Source of the DNA: Octopus bimaculoides
Taxonomy: Eukaryota
NCBI RefSeq assembly: GCF_001194135.2
Contig: NC_068983.1
Location: 21,931,465 to 21,974,573 of the forward strand
DNA length: 43,109 bases
Direction of reading: 5' to 3'
How positions within the stretch are numbered: the stretch's first letter is position 1; the number at the start of each line of letters is the position of its first letter. Positions 23,720-36,834 of this stretch are shown here, one piece after another. Both the position numbers and the translations under genes were made by a program. A model generated the notes under the pieces. The model did no database searches and was not told the DNA's origin. It was given only the letters and a program-made list of their open reading frames with translations.

Positions 23720-24117
23720 GTGGAGGCACAATGGCCCAGTGGTTAGGGCAGCGGACTCGCGGTCGTAGGATCGCGGTTTCGATTCCCAGATCGGGCGTTG
23801 TGAGTGTTTATTGAGCGAAAACACCTAAAGCTCCACGAGGCTCCGGCAGCGGGGTGGTGGTGAACCCTGCTGTACTCTTTCACCACAACTTCCTCTCACT
23901 CTTTCTTCCTCTTCCTGTTTCTGTTGTACCTGTATTTCAAAGGGCCAGCCTTGTCACACTCTGTGTCACGCTGAATCCCCCCCCCCGAGAGCTATGTTAA
24001 GGGTACACGTGTCTGTGGAGTGCTCAGCCACTTGCACGTTAATTTCACGAGCAGGCTGTTCCGTTGATCGGATCAACTGGAACCCTCGTCGTCGTAACCG
24101 ACGGAGTGCCAACACAC
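23720..24117 (+). mobile_element. Full-length SINE family C with 11-bp TSD
   Basis: Same head and body as 14559-14901. TSD ATTTCTCAATA at 23709-23719 and 24118-24128. Confidence 0.9.
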
Positions 24118-24829
24118 ATTTCTCAATAACTCCCTCTCCCCAATCCCACGAAGAAGTTTCTACTGGTGCATTATAAATAACAATTGACTTGACATAAATA
24201 TGATTCACTGAAAACACAATCTGTATAGCCAATACTGTTAACAGTTATTCTTCTGAAGTTGCAGATGTTAACAGCTGACCGAGATGTTGATTGAACGAAA
24301 CCGTAGTCCGGAAATGTAATACTTTTTTTCCTACTCTTCACATAGATAATTGTACTGCAGATTGTATTCACTTCTAACACACTTTCGTATTGAGCATCTT
24401 ATAAGTTTTGAACCATAAGATAAGCAAAATGCATATACATTTGATTACGCAAGCTTGAATGCTTTTAACGTATACACACATTGCACAACACAGAATGCAA
24501 ACAATAAATATAATAGGTATGAACTACTTCAAGAAAAACATTTCAATTCCACCCAGAAAAGTTTACTTAAAGCATTCATCGAATAAATGGAAATTTTGCT
24601 AATACGTATGCTTTAGAAAACCTCTTTCTTTGAGAACAAAGACAACAAAACTACACAAAACGAAAATGGTCCTGTATTCAAAGATAGCCACCACAAATTA
24701 TAGATCTGGATGCATACTAAAATGCTTTCCTCGGTTTAACAAAGAATATGCAACTTAAAAGCAGAACGAACGATTTGCTATACGAACTAAACTAAGATTG
24801 AAATGCGATAATATCCTTCCTTCAAAAAC

Positions 24830-25293
24830 CTACTCATATTTGCAAACAAACTAACGAGCCTAGACAGATCCTCAAGGACGAGCTCGATCAATCGACCTTC
24901 ATTGAACTGAACAGGTCGTTCGTAACGCGGAGTGTCTGTGAGGTCGAATTTCCCTCTTTGAAGCGTGGAAAGCATTTCTGTGTAATTCTTTCAGTAATAT
25001 CACCATTTCCGTGCACATCACAAATCTCTCGAGTGGTTTCGGTAGCTTTGGAACCTTGAGTGAAAGCGAAGAGAAGTGTCAAAAATGCTCATTTTTCAAA
25101 ACAAAATTCCTATTTTAACACAGCGTTGTTATTTGAAAAGAGGTAAAATTTACTCAAATTTCAGAAACGATGAATAAAAGTTGTAGAGGTCGATTAGAGC
25201 TACAAGAAACTATTAAAAACTACGAGAAAAATATTTTTCCTATTAATTCAAATAACATTGGAAAGAAACGAATGAATTTATCCGACAACTTGA
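24830..25293 (-). mobile_element. DD34D mariner 5' fragment (TIR plus HTH region)
   Basis: TA|TCAAGTTGTCGGATAAATTCATTCG TIR-like end, and LLFAFTQGSKATETTREIC...FKEG/FDLTDTPR..RP..FNEGRL. Confidence 0.75.
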
Positions 25294-25532
25294 TACTTAA
25301 TAAGATTATCTTAAGAGTAAAGATTAAAATAACGTAGGCTATGCACAACACCAAGTTATATGAATGTTTCTTTACATGCGTTTATCGGACGGGAACATAT
25401 CTCAATTCAAGGCCTATATATATATATATATATNNNNNNNNNNNNNNNNNNNNNNNNNNTATATATATGTATGTATGTATTTGTATATGTATATGTATGC
25501 ATGTATATGTATGCATGTATATGTATATGTAT

Positions 25533-25745
25533 TTACTTGTTTCAGTCATTTGACTGCAGCCATGCTAGAGCACCGCTTTGCATGGTTTCTAATCGAGCAA
25601 ATCTACTTCAGGACTTATTGTTTTTTTAAAGTCTAGTACTTATTCTATCGGTATCTTTTGCCGAACCGCTAAGCTACGGGGACCTAAATACACTAACATC
25701 GGTTGTGAAGCGGTGATGGGGGGGTACAAGCACAAAGACAAACAG

Positions 25746-25779
<34 letters not shown>

Positions 25780-25906
25780 GACAGGCTTCTTTCAGTTTCC
25801 GTCTACCAAATCCACTCACAAAGTTTTGTGAGGCTGCAGTACAAGACACTTGCCCAAGGCTCCACACTGAACCTGGAACCATGCTTTTAGGAAGCAACGT
25901 TTCTTA
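25533..25906 (-). mobile_element. SINE family B
   Basis: Reverse complement matches 13087-13490. Confidence 0.85.
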
Positions 25907-25947
25907 GGACGCGATGTTTCTTTTGTAGTTCAGTATATATATGTGTA

Positions 25948-25992
<45 letters not shown>

Positions 25993-26031
25993 CTCTCTCT
26001 CTCTATATATNNNNNNNNNNCTATCTATCTA

Positions 26032-26065
<34 letters not shown>

Positions 26066-26070
<5 letters not shown>

Positions 26071-26182
26071 GCGATAAAGAACCAACCACAGTGTTTGGCA
26101 ACGCGGAAGCTTCTATATGGTTGCTCGACCTGCTAGAAATAACTGACAAATTCTCATCAACAATAATTTCCTGTCTTAAAAT
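26066..26182 (+). mobile_element. Repeat family E (related copies near 12990, 28915, 30390, 31190(-), 32600, 40410)
   Basis: GGTTGCTCGACCTGCTAGAAATAAC motif. 26066-26182 and 28915-29023 align over about 107 bp. Confidence 0.7.
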
Positions 26183-26214
26183 CGACGTCAAAAGCCACAG
26201 TCAGTTATGGTTTT

Positions 26215-26675
26215 GATGAACTGCCTTCATGGGTGAATGAGCACTTTCAAGGCGCACCTTGGAGTTTCCAAAAGGACTTGGCACCATCCCACAGCTCCAA
26301 ACAGACACAACACTGGATTCAGAAAAACATTCTGTCGTTCATAGGCAAGGATGTATAGCACTTAAGAAGCCTCGGTTTCAACTCGTTGGATTTTTTTTTG
26401 TTTGTTCCATTTTGGGGCCGAGGATCTCGAGCACTTCTCCAAGCTCTGAAGGCAAAACTGCGCCAGGAATGGGCTTCGATTCCGCAAGCGTGTGAAGCAT
26501 TCGCACCTAGACCTAAGATTGTGTTTCGAAACAGAGGTGGTCATATCGAATAAATATGATAGTGTCATAATTGTTTTCTTCACCATTCCATTGCAAAACT
26601 CGGGCCCGAAATATAACAATATTTTGTTTTAGCAAAATTGAAAGAAGTTGGTTGCCTTAATTTTGGGACACCCAT
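26215..26675 (-). mobile_element. Degraded Tc1/mariner remnant with one TIR
   Basis: Minus-strand GGGTGTCCCAAAATTAAGGCAAC is TIR-like. A weak C-terminal remnant reads N.KVRLE/KC..HEG. Confidence 0.4.
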
Positions 26676-27063
26676 GAATGAATGAATTCCAATATGTTAA
26701 AGCCGGGTCTGTCCCCGTTAACGTGGGTGGCCGGATCTACCTCACTCTTACAGCAACTACTCTCACATCATCTCGTCCGGTTTTGGGCGTCCTCTCTCCT
26801 CAAGCCAACCCTCCCAATCTCCTTCTCCACCTGTTCCCTCCACGTCTTCTTTGGTCGACCTCGCTTTCACGGTTCATTCACTTTAAACTCAAGTACTCTC
26901 CTCAGAACATGATCCTCATCCCTCCTGAACACATGTCCATACCATCGCACTGCCAGCTGTTCCACCGATTCCTCCAATCCCAGAATCCCCATCAATTCCT
27001 CAGTCCTCCGTTTATCCAATAGTCTTACACCACACATTGCTCTCTCGGTCTTTCTCAGAATTG
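26676..27063 (-). mobile_element. RTE-clade LINE 3' end with (ATTC)n tail
   Basis: LRKTERAMCGVRLLDKR...VRWYGHVFRRDEDHVLRR..*KRGRPKKTWREQVEKE, followed by a short 3' UTR and the tail. Confidence 0.85.
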
Positions 27064-27246
27064 CGTGGTTGCGAAGAGAACTATCTAACCACTTGGCCAT
27101 ACAGTAATTACGATTACATACGCATATACGTGTATGTGTCTGTATATATATAATATATATAAGTTCAAAAAAGGACAAAAAACAATAACAAAAAACAACA
27201 ACGTGAGGACGTGATACGGATAGTGTTATTAGACGCTCGGGAAAGG

Positions 27247-27248
<2 letters not shown>

Positions 27249-27285
<37 letters not shown>

Positions 27286-27592
27286 TGTGTGTGTGTTTGT
27301 GTGTGTGTGTTAGTATGTGTGTATATATGCAAATGTATTTATATGTGCATGTGTGTGTCTCTGTGTGTGTAGATATATGTGTATGTGTATATATATAATC
27401 ATATATATATACACAAGTATATATATATTTATGTATATGTATGTGTGTGTATACATGCATACACGCATTTGTGTGTGTATACATGCATATATATGTATGT
27501 ATATACACAAATATAACGCACACCCACACACATATACCTATACATATATATATATATATATACATATATATATACACACACATACATATCTA

Positions 27593-27654
<62 letters not shown>

Positions 27655-27875
27655 TGCACACACACACACACACTTATGTCTATACACATATATTCATATA
27701 TATATTATATATTCACACATATATTTATATACATGAAAGTATATATATAGAGAGAGATAGATATGTATGTGTGTGTCATGTATGTATGCATGTATGCATG
27801 TATCTATGTATGAGTGTAGGTATGTATGCTTGTATACACACATGTATGCATTTATGTATGTATAAATATATACAT
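27249..27875. repeat. Long compound (TG)/(TA)/(TATG) microsatellite
   Basis: Seen directly. Confidence 0.9.
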
Positions 27876-28069
27876 TGATACACCTACATAAATAACTTTT
27901 TTTCTTCATTGCAAGCAGACCGTTTAGGTCGTTAAATTATGGCTTCATGGATCTCGCTTTATTTCACAGACGATATCAAAGTGGCAATGTTTTATTACAT
28001 TGGTTTGAGCCAATGTGACGACTAACAATAGCAGAGGACTTTGTGGCTGGAGACGGGAAGAGGAAAAAT

Positions 28070-28274
28070 TGCCACTACTCCTACGACCACCATCACGTCC
28101 ATCATCACCACCAACACCACGACCATCGCCACCGCTATGACAACCCCCATCTATACCACCACCACGATTGTTACTTCTGCCGCTGCTACTACGACTGTTG
28201 TTACTACTGTTACCGCTACTGCTGCTGCTGCTAATATTACAATAATAACATTAAGGATATTTTCTTTTATTATT

Positions 28275-28306
<32 letters not shown>
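28070..28306. repeat. Degenerate CAC/CTA/CTG trinucleotide tract and (GAT)n
   Basis: Seen directly. Confidence 0.8.
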
Positions 28307-28309
<3 letters not shown>

Positions 28310-29597
28310 AAAAGAAATAACAAACAAAAGAAGATAAAAAAGGGGGTAAGGAGAAAGAGGAAGTTCCTGGAAATCTGGCGTGGTTTCAATCCTCACGAAC
28401 AAAAAAAGCTGGAACAATGGAATGGTAAAGACGTGTGGTATTAACAGAATGAATATTTTGTCGCGAGTTCGTTTCCTTTTGCTGACGCTGCATCGTGTCC
28501 TGTGCAAAAAAAAAAAAAAGCAAAACACACAAAGAACCCTTTTTGCAAGGTGGAACTGCCTTGGAAATATATCATCTGCATTCCAGAAATTTCCTTTCTT
28601 TCACTTTTCTCTACTGCTAAACAGTCAACAATTTAGGATGAAAAAGAAGAAAAACGAGGTGAAATATGGCTTTTAAACTATGAACTAACTCGGTGGATCC
28701 TTAAGCAGGTCTTTACTATTGTATGGTAGGACCCAAATGATGTGCCCTGAGATATGAAAATTTGAACATAATTTCATGGTTTGAGTTTTGGAGTTGCCAT
28801 AAAGCAATGCTTCCACAAATTGGTGTTTGCAGCACGGAGGTTACGTCTGAGGTCATTCGTAGATTTTTTAGTCTCTAAGTGGCTAGTTAACCGTGGGCTT
28901 GGGAACAGATTGTGATAAAGAATCAACCACAGCGTTTGCCAACACGGGAGCTTCTATATGGTTGCTCGACCTCCTAGAAATAACTGACAAATTTTCACCA
29001 AAAATAATTTCCAGTCTTAAAATAATAATGAATAATTAAGTTCGGGTTACAAAATACCTGAAAGGAAAAATGATTGAGATATTGTGTCGCTAATCCCAAC
29101 ACAAACAACAGCTGACATATCTTTTGATATAAGTCTTCTTGATCAGAGTTAACCTGAAAGATTCACAACAACAACGTTTACAACATATACAGCAACACCC
29201 AAAACGGCAAGCACATTCCGTAATACTGGCAAAGTTGAAGTATTCCAAGGTTGATAGGCTCTTAATCTTATGTCTATAAGCGTTGATGTTTGTCTGTTTA
29301 TCTTGAATTAAGCTTACCATTTCTCAACAAATCATTTTGAAAATTTGCGCACAACTCCAAAATCATCCTGTCATATTGTGTAAAGAAGAAAATCCCGATT
29401 TAGAGCCTACCCCACTGGAAAGGAAGGGTAAAACAGAGAGATTCAAGAAAAAGAGATGTTGAAAGACTGATAGTTGTAATAAGGTGATAGTTTAGTAAGC
29501 ATGTTAGTGTTGGGTAGAGGAACGTCGTCAGTTTATAATGTCAAACTGTTTTTCTTCTTCAGTTTTTCTTTAATCTGTCTCTCTTTCTTTAGGTATC

Positions 29598-29643
<46 letters not shown>

Positions 29644-30171
29644 GTCATGTTCTAATTCTTTCTCTCTCACACATACATGCACACACACGCGCGCGCGCGC
29701 GCACGCACGCACGCACGTACACACTCTTTCATCTCACTTAGCAGTGGCGCTAAAGTGTGTGCCAGCCTTTGAGTTTGCCATTCCTTTCTCCTATACAGAC
29801 TTATTCAGCAGATCTGAGAGTTCGCCCTACCGCATAAAAGTGTCGGCCGGGAAGGACCGCCCCAAATCCCCGCTAGATTACTGCCTTTTACATAAAACCG
29901 TGTAGNNNNNNNNNNNNNNNNNNNNNNNNNNNNNNNNNNNNNNNNNNNNNNNNNNNNNNNNNNNNNNNNNNNNNNNNNNNNNNNNNNNNNNNNNNNNNNN
30001 NNNNNNNNNNNNNNNNNNNNNNNNNNNNNNNNNNNNNNNNNNNNNNNNNATTGGAAGTCAGTGGTTACTAAAATTTCTCCTTTAAGTATCATACCTTCGA
30101 AAAGTTAGAATGCAGTTTCAAATAACAAGGAAGGTAGAAAACAATTCTTTGATTGTTTCACGTTTAAATTT

Positions 30172-30210
<39 letters not shown>

Positions 30211-31494
30211 CCGGTATTGTGCTCTATGAATCGGACTGTGCATCTAACGAATGTGTAGGCTCTGGAATGGGCTGTGTGGATTAACCTCTGTATATTATTG
30301 GGTCATTAATAGATGACACTGTCCCATTGCAATGTGAAAAGGACTCCAATGGCATTTAAACGACGATTGGGGTACGATCTTGAGAGGTAGTCTCTAACCG
30401 GTCGCTCAGTCTACTAGAAATAATGGTCGAATTTGCCTTAAATTACTCCCTGGGAGTAATTGAAAGGAGACTCATAGAAGAACACGTTGAATAATGACGT
30501 CCTAAATAGACTATATCTGGAGAAATGACATGATAGACCCCGGTGGGAACATCTTTGATCATAAGCTTGGTCGATTAAAGTTGATCTAGGAGCTAAATGT
30601 CAACAGCAAGGAAAGCCGTCTTACATTTTGTCAACCATTTTCAGTTGTATAACAGTTCGAAACAGCAACTGTTGGTTAGAAATGACAGACTAAACGAACT
30701 GTTACCAGTTGTTAAATTTCATATCAAGATCAACGTTTTTTTTTTTTTGGTTTTTCTTTTCATACTTCTGAGGCTACTAATATAAAATACCAGTTGACTT
30801 CTTGAGTTGATGTAATCAACTCTACCATACCCACTCCCTTAAATTTGAGTCCTTTTGTCTATGTTAGAAATCAATGCTTTATTAATGTAGGATACTAGTT
30901 GAAGAGATTTTGGCAGTAGTCTATATTGATTACAATATGATTATCAGCAAGCTCGACTTGGGATACAATAATTAAATAGGCGGATTACTTCGAGTAGCAG
31001 AAAGCGTCCTTTCCTTAAACAAGTATCCCATAGGGACGAGATCGCTAATTTAATTAAGCGGGAATTGATGGGTCCGATAAATAGTAATTAAATTACAGTG
31101 GTGGGATTAGAAAGGGCATTTGCAAGTGTGCAGGTAACAATAATCCAACGGCAGAGAACAATTAAGAATATGATAGCTAAATTATAAGAGGTTGTCGCTG
31201 TTAGCTCAGATAGGGCTTGATCGAACAGACATATGACAAAAAGCGTTCTAGTCGTGATCTCCTCGTGTTCTTTTTAGCTATGTCTGCAGTATTCATTTTG
31301 TCGTTGTTTCTTTAAAACACATGATGAAATTTCAGGGAGATTTGACTGATATTTTTTTAGAAGACCAAGCAAATACGCAGAAGTTCTTTCATTGCTTTGA
31401 TAATACAAACTATTGGAGATTTTGTTGGTAGTGTAACTGCATTGGGTTCATAGGAGTAACTGTGTTAGATTCCTGAATGGGTCTTATCATTTTA

Positions 31495-32378
31495 CAATGC
31501 ACATTCCAGTTTTCAGACATTTTCAGGAGAGTTATTCATTAATTTCAAAGTAGAACACTCCAATTCCCTTCACAGTAGGACCCTCTGACTTCAATGCTCT
31601 TGTTTAGCACTCCAGCCACTTTATCAAGGCCCCTATGTAAGTTCTCCAAAGTGAAGATACCCAGGACCTTTGTTATAGCCTCCTTCATCTTCAAACCAAC
31701 TGCCTTTGAGGTTCTTCAGCTTGGGGAACAATCAAAAGCCAAAGGGAGAAAGGTCTGGACTGTAGGATGAGTAAGGGGCAGTTTTGATGCCCATTTCCTT
31801 CAAGTAGTTGGTTCCCAGCATGTTCATCACTGAGCACCCAGAGAACAAACTCTTCACAAATGTACAGATCTTCATGAATGATTCAGTGTACAGTTGCCAC
31901 ACACCAACTCCAAACTGTATGATTGTAACCTTTACAAACATACAACGATCTCCATCCAAAAAAATAACAAATTTTCTGAACCAGTTCTGATGTTCTAACT
32001 TGCCTCTCCCTCCCACACCTCTCATTGTCTCTCATCTCCTTTCTACTGTCTTGGAATCTCTTGTGCCACCGAAAAAAGTAATCCATATCCATATGCAGTT
32101 TGGAGCATTTCATAACTTTCTGTATCATTTTTTCCTAGTTTAACACTAAATTTTGCTGCGTAGCGAATTTACAAACGTCCGACTGCATTCTGCAAACTGG
32201 TCGGTTATGACAAGTAATGTTCAAAGTACTGTTATAACCATCTCCTTCAGTTTGGAATAGCAAAAGAAAGCAGGTCAGCTTATTAGATGTATAGTAATGA
32301 TATACTAAATTTACAATAATCTAGGATAATTATAATTGCCTTTCTTTAAAATTCTCAAAACTTCTGGAATGCACCTCG
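31495..32378 (-). mobile_element. Internally deleted mariner (irritans-like) with both TIRs, 884 bp
   Basis: TA|CAATGCACATTCCAG at 31495 and the minus-strand TA|CGAGGTGCATTCCAG at 32378. Coding remnants FFRWHKRFQD..RDNERCGR and KEMGIKTAPYSSYSPDLSP (YSPDL motif). Confidence 0.8.
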
Positions 32379-34104
32379 TAACACAAACGTTGTGTGCTTA
32401 GACTCAAGTTACGTTCTCTATGGTATGAACGGCTGAACATAGTTCTTAGTTTCAAGTTAAGGAGTTGCAGTATAGCAATAATTCTACAAGTCGGTGTTTG
32501 TAGCTTAGAGAATGCATCTGTACAACTTACAACACCGAACAGATTTATATGGGTATTCAGACAGCGCCACATCAAAGCGACTAGCTAACAACGGACCAAG
32601 AAGCAAACTGTAGGGTCACTAGATCTGCTAGAAATAATAGACAACTTTCTTTCAAACTACACTGATACTTTCAAAATATGACCCATTGAATAATGTTTGC
32701 TTAGAGTACACAATTCATGGGGAAAAAATGTTGGGGTAGAAATGACTAGAACGCCTTTGATCATTAGTTTTCTTCATCGGAATTGATTGGGCAAAGATGA
32801 AGTATCAGAAGTTTATATATGTATGTGTATATATGTATATATACACATACATGTATATATTCTGGAATGTTAATTTTCTTTGATATTATCTTGGTCGATG
32901 TATATAACCAAAGATTTGAACTGTGCGATTCTTCGAAATTAACTGAAATGTAACATTTGCAGACATTTTTGCTTTTCTTTCTTTTTTTATGGCATTTAGA
33001 CTCATCCGCTTCGAACTGCAGAGTGTTAAGGTCTCAACAGCGTGCAAAGGTTAATTAGAAGAAGGTTAATAAGAAGAAAATCTTATCACTTGCTTGGCCA
33101 TGTGAAACTCTCACAAACGTACAGGAAGACTTCAGAGAAATTGTTTTAAAAGTGTATATTTAACTTGTTCAAACGTCTTACAGATCTTACACTCCATTAA
33201 TGTGTATTGTAAAGGCTGACGTAATGGCATTCCTCTAAAGCCAGTCGATAATCATCGTTCAATAGGCTTGTATGCATGTGAGTATATATGAACATGTATG
33301 TATGTGTATTTAGTGATATATAGACATGGGAAATTACAAGTGTGTGCGCTTAAGAAAAGTCCGTCTCTGCCCAATAACCTCGCTGTTATGAACCACACTA
33401 GTGATTTACATCAGTAAAGGCCACCATGAAATTATTGCAGGTTATAGCTAGGTTATAACACATTAAAACTATTCCAGTAAACGCTCAATAGACTTCCAAA
33501 CAACTTATCAACAAGTTTTCAATCAAATAGTTCTTTTAATGTAATTAAACACCTACCGAGAGTAAGCTTGCTTTACTGAAATCAATACTGCCTGCTATCG
33601 GGCTGCTTTCGTTAATAGATGGAATAATTTACTGTTACAGATAAGAAGATTCTTTTCAACAGTAAACTTGATAATATTTATAGAAACCAATACCCATTCC
33701 AATAGCTGCAAATAAAATAAATAATTGTCTTTGAAATTATAACTTGAAGAAGATCTGTCAGTTAAAACAAAACCATAATTCGGGGAAGAAATTTTTATTG
33801 GTGTTGGATATAATCGATTGAATCGACACGAGTTTATTACTGATACTTATTTGATTGATTATCGATACATGAAAGACGTAATTTAAGATCAGAACGGCAA
33901 GTGTATTCGAAAGAGATACTAAAATATCCCTTCTAAAGTTCTATTTATCACCTCCTCTACAAGACTTAGGAAAGATTAAATATCGTGATATCGGTTGGCA
34001 CTGGAGACTGGCGAGAAAGTCATATCGACGATATGAAAATTGATGGTGGCGTGTGGAGGGTAATTGATAACCAGTCTTTATTACTTCTGCTGTAGAGTTT
34101 TAAT

Positions 34105-34250
34105 GAAGGCATGTGGCGTAGTGGTTTGGGTGTTGAGCCACGATCTCTAAATCATGGGTTCGATTCTCGGTCTGGGTTGTGGCGTTGTGTTCTTGAGCAA
34201 GGCACTGGCATTTCACATTGCTTCAGTTCACTCAACTAAAAACGAGTACT
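34105..34250 (+). mobile_element. SINE family F
   Basis: TGTGGCGTAGTGG A box, GGGTTCGATTCTC B box, TTCTTGAGCAAGGCAC. Confidence 0.75.
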
Positions 34251-34354
34251 ATGGGTTTAATTCTGCGTCAGACTGGAGTCCCGTTCAATATGATATTAGA
34301 TGGAGGTCGTAGACGCAGTCACTTCAACGCCACAAAAACCTAGATAATAATGGT

Positions 34355-35345
34355 TGATTTTGGCCTCGCATTCCATTAGAGCGTTGCTGATCATGTTGAC
34401 ATTCTTGGTTTCTGAAATTTTGACAGTAACGTCATCAACACATTCCGATGCGAATTCCGAGTTTGCAATGTCTTTAGTTGTAGCTGTAGTAGCTCAGGGG
34501 TCGGTACATACAGAAGAGAGGAGAAGGTACGACTTTGACGAACCCTAATCACTGAGATGCTGCTGTAAATCGTGGTGATCCAGCCCTTGAAGAAAGAATT
34601 TGCTATGAGGATAACTGATAGGTATTGGTGGTCGACTCTATCGGAAACTTTTGATTTAACTAAGCTGATCAATGCCCTATCCCTGCCAGGTTGCTTACCC
34701 ACCCTGTCGATGACGTATTGCGTGAGGTGAAGGTTGTGCAGTTACATCTGTCTGGGATGGCGTATGTTTGTGCATCACCAATCAGATCACAGACGAGCGC
34801 TAGTCTCTTCGTTAACATCTTGATCAAGATCTTGAAATCTACGTTTAGCAGAGTTATAAGCTGAAAATGATTTTTTCTGTGGGTCGTGGCGGTAGTGCTT
34901 CTGAGTCCATTCACAGCAACATTACCACACCTCGACTCACAGAACTGGGGATTCAACTATTGTGTTGTCACTTATGGAAGGTATCTGCCGAACAAGTCTG
35001 ACATGTAAACATAAAGTGGTAAGGTAAAACATCCAAACCGAGCAACCTGTTCCCTGCAGCTAATTATCTCTTACCCTATTTCTGCGGCTATTATTGGCTT
35101 TTCGCAACACTGCCTCCGCTGCTAAGAGTTGTGGTTATCTGTTGAGGTAGGTATTGAAGCCCATCCTGCGAACTGGTGTACCATATGCCCCGAACAGTGA
35201 ATCAAAGTACCCCTGAAAACCCGCACAGATCTGTCTGAAATTGAATAGCATGCGCTCATCATTGTTCACCAACAGTTTAATGGTGGTTATGTTTCCACAT
35301 TGCACCTCTGACACTCAGGTCCCTCGAACGAATTTTCGTTTCTTC
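34355..35345 (-). pseudogene. L1/Tx1-like LINE ORF2, RT region
   Basis: GYFDSLF, CEKPIIAAEI, LGLDVLPY (SPGLDGLPY), ITLLNVDFKIL, KRLALV, SKVSDRVDHQYL, SLLYV, DDVTV, AKIN. Nucleotide similarity to 22100-22705. Confidence 0.85.
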
Positions 35346-35439
35346 GGGTGTTAAAGGCAATGCAGCCTTCATATATCGAGTGGAAGAATTACTCGAGGTT
35401 CAATCTCGCCCCAAATACGCTGGTCACGTTACCTTTCCT

Positions 35440-35605
35440 AAAAGCCTTTCCTCAGTTTCGTCCGTCTTCACGTTCTGAGTTCAAATTTGCCTTTCATCTT
35501 TTTGGCGTTGATAAAATAAGTACCAGTTCAATACTGGAGTCGATGTAATCAACTTACCCCTCACCCGAAATTGCGAGCCTTGTTCCAAAATTTGCAATCA
35601 ATATT
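35440..35605 (+). mobile_element. SINE family A, degraded
   Basis: GTTCTGAGTTCAAATTTGCCTTTCATC...ATAAGTACCAGTT. Confidence 0.7.
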
Positions 35606-35729
35606 AAACATAATAGTATTTTTAAAATATCAAATGGCTATGTGAGTCCAATGCAGTAAGATAGGAATCACAGGGTTTGTTGGGTAAAAAATGGATGAGA
35701 ATCACTGACGTACATGGTTCACTAATTCT

Positions 35730-36795
35730 TGTTGCTTGTTATATATGACCGTGTAGTTTATGATATTTCTTTGTTCGCTTTGCGATTGTTGGCTGTGGTG
35801 CTCACAGTGTTGTTTCCGATGGTGGTGTTGAGAGTTAGAGCATCGGTATTATACTCACTTCAAGTCTTCTTTCAAATCTTCCAACTTTTTGTGAGGGCAG
35901 ATTTATTTTTTCCGTTTCCTTTTTCTCGTCCTTTTTACGGAGGCAGTTTTCTATTTTACGTTTTTCCTGCCTTCCTTGCAGGACATAAGTGAGTATTTTT
36001 TGAAGGAGTGTGTCATGTAGTGTTGTGTTGAGATCGGGGAACTCTCTTGCTAAGGCGTTTTATTTTTAGTGTTGTCTTTCTACTTGTCGTCATGAGGGTT
36101 TCTGTTGCTCTTTTGGTCGGTACTGCTGCTTCTATAGTTGTTGCTGCTACTGCTGTTACTGCAGCTTTTGCTGCTGATGATTTTGCTACTGCTGTTGTTT
36201 TTGTTGCTGCTTTTGTGGTTACACGCTGTTGTTGGTGCTGCTGCAACTGCTTTTGTTGTTAGTGTTGTTGCTACTGTGTCAAAACCATTGGCAGTAATGG
36301 AATCTTCCTTTTCTTCTCTTTTGCTACGGATAGAAAGCCCTTAGATGTCTTGTGTCACCGCATTAGTGACACCTAGGCGTTCTCTCTTAACCACCATACA
36401 CAATTGCAAGCCACCGGGCATATTTATCTGGTCTCAGGTGTCTTCCATACTTTTCTTAATTTGTTTCGATCACTAGCTTCATCTCCGTATCCGAACAATT
36501 GTTTTTTGTTATTTTTGCCACATTTGGACTTTATAGCGCAAAATAGCTGCTACAAGCCAGCAGATACACATCTCTTGAATCACATCAACCATATTTATTG
36601 TTACCACTCTCCAGCCGAAGTATATTGTTATAAGAATTATCTTGTCCCTCTTTAGATATCGCACAACATGCTTCTTGGCTTCCCCTTTAGTCAGAAGTTT
36701 TACTCTATATTTCCATCGAGCGACGTATGTTTTGGCACCCCAGAATGGTTTAAGACACTTTTCAGTTTGGATCTGTGTTGCTTGCTCTACTTCTC
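35730..36795 (-). pseudogene. L1/Tx1-like LINE ORF1, probably the same insertion as the RT at 34355-35345
   Basis: EKCLKPFWGAKTY...LKRDKIILITIYFGWR...WLVAAIL aligns by eye with ORF1 at 2877-3480. Knuckle PRCH*CGDTRHL, then an Ala/Thr-rich tract. Confidence 0.75.
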
Positions 36796-36834
36796 TGGAC
36801 CTCTGTCCTACACACACACGCGCGCGCGCTTTTG

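Noticed and set aside
29143-29280. Gln-rich open frame VNLKDSQQQRLQHIQQHPKRQAH after a possible acceptor
   Set aside because: It is short, driven by CAA repeats, has a weak donor and no recognisable family.
29748-29764. CTCF-like motifs TAGCAGTGGCGCTA and, at about 32560 (-), GATGTGGCGCTG
   Set aside because: Each matches only half of the consensus or needs an indel, which is expected by chance.
36013-36344. Ala/Thr-rich mucin-like ORFs
   Set aside because: They lie directly after the LINE ORF1 zinc knuckle and are best explained as its low-complexity linker.
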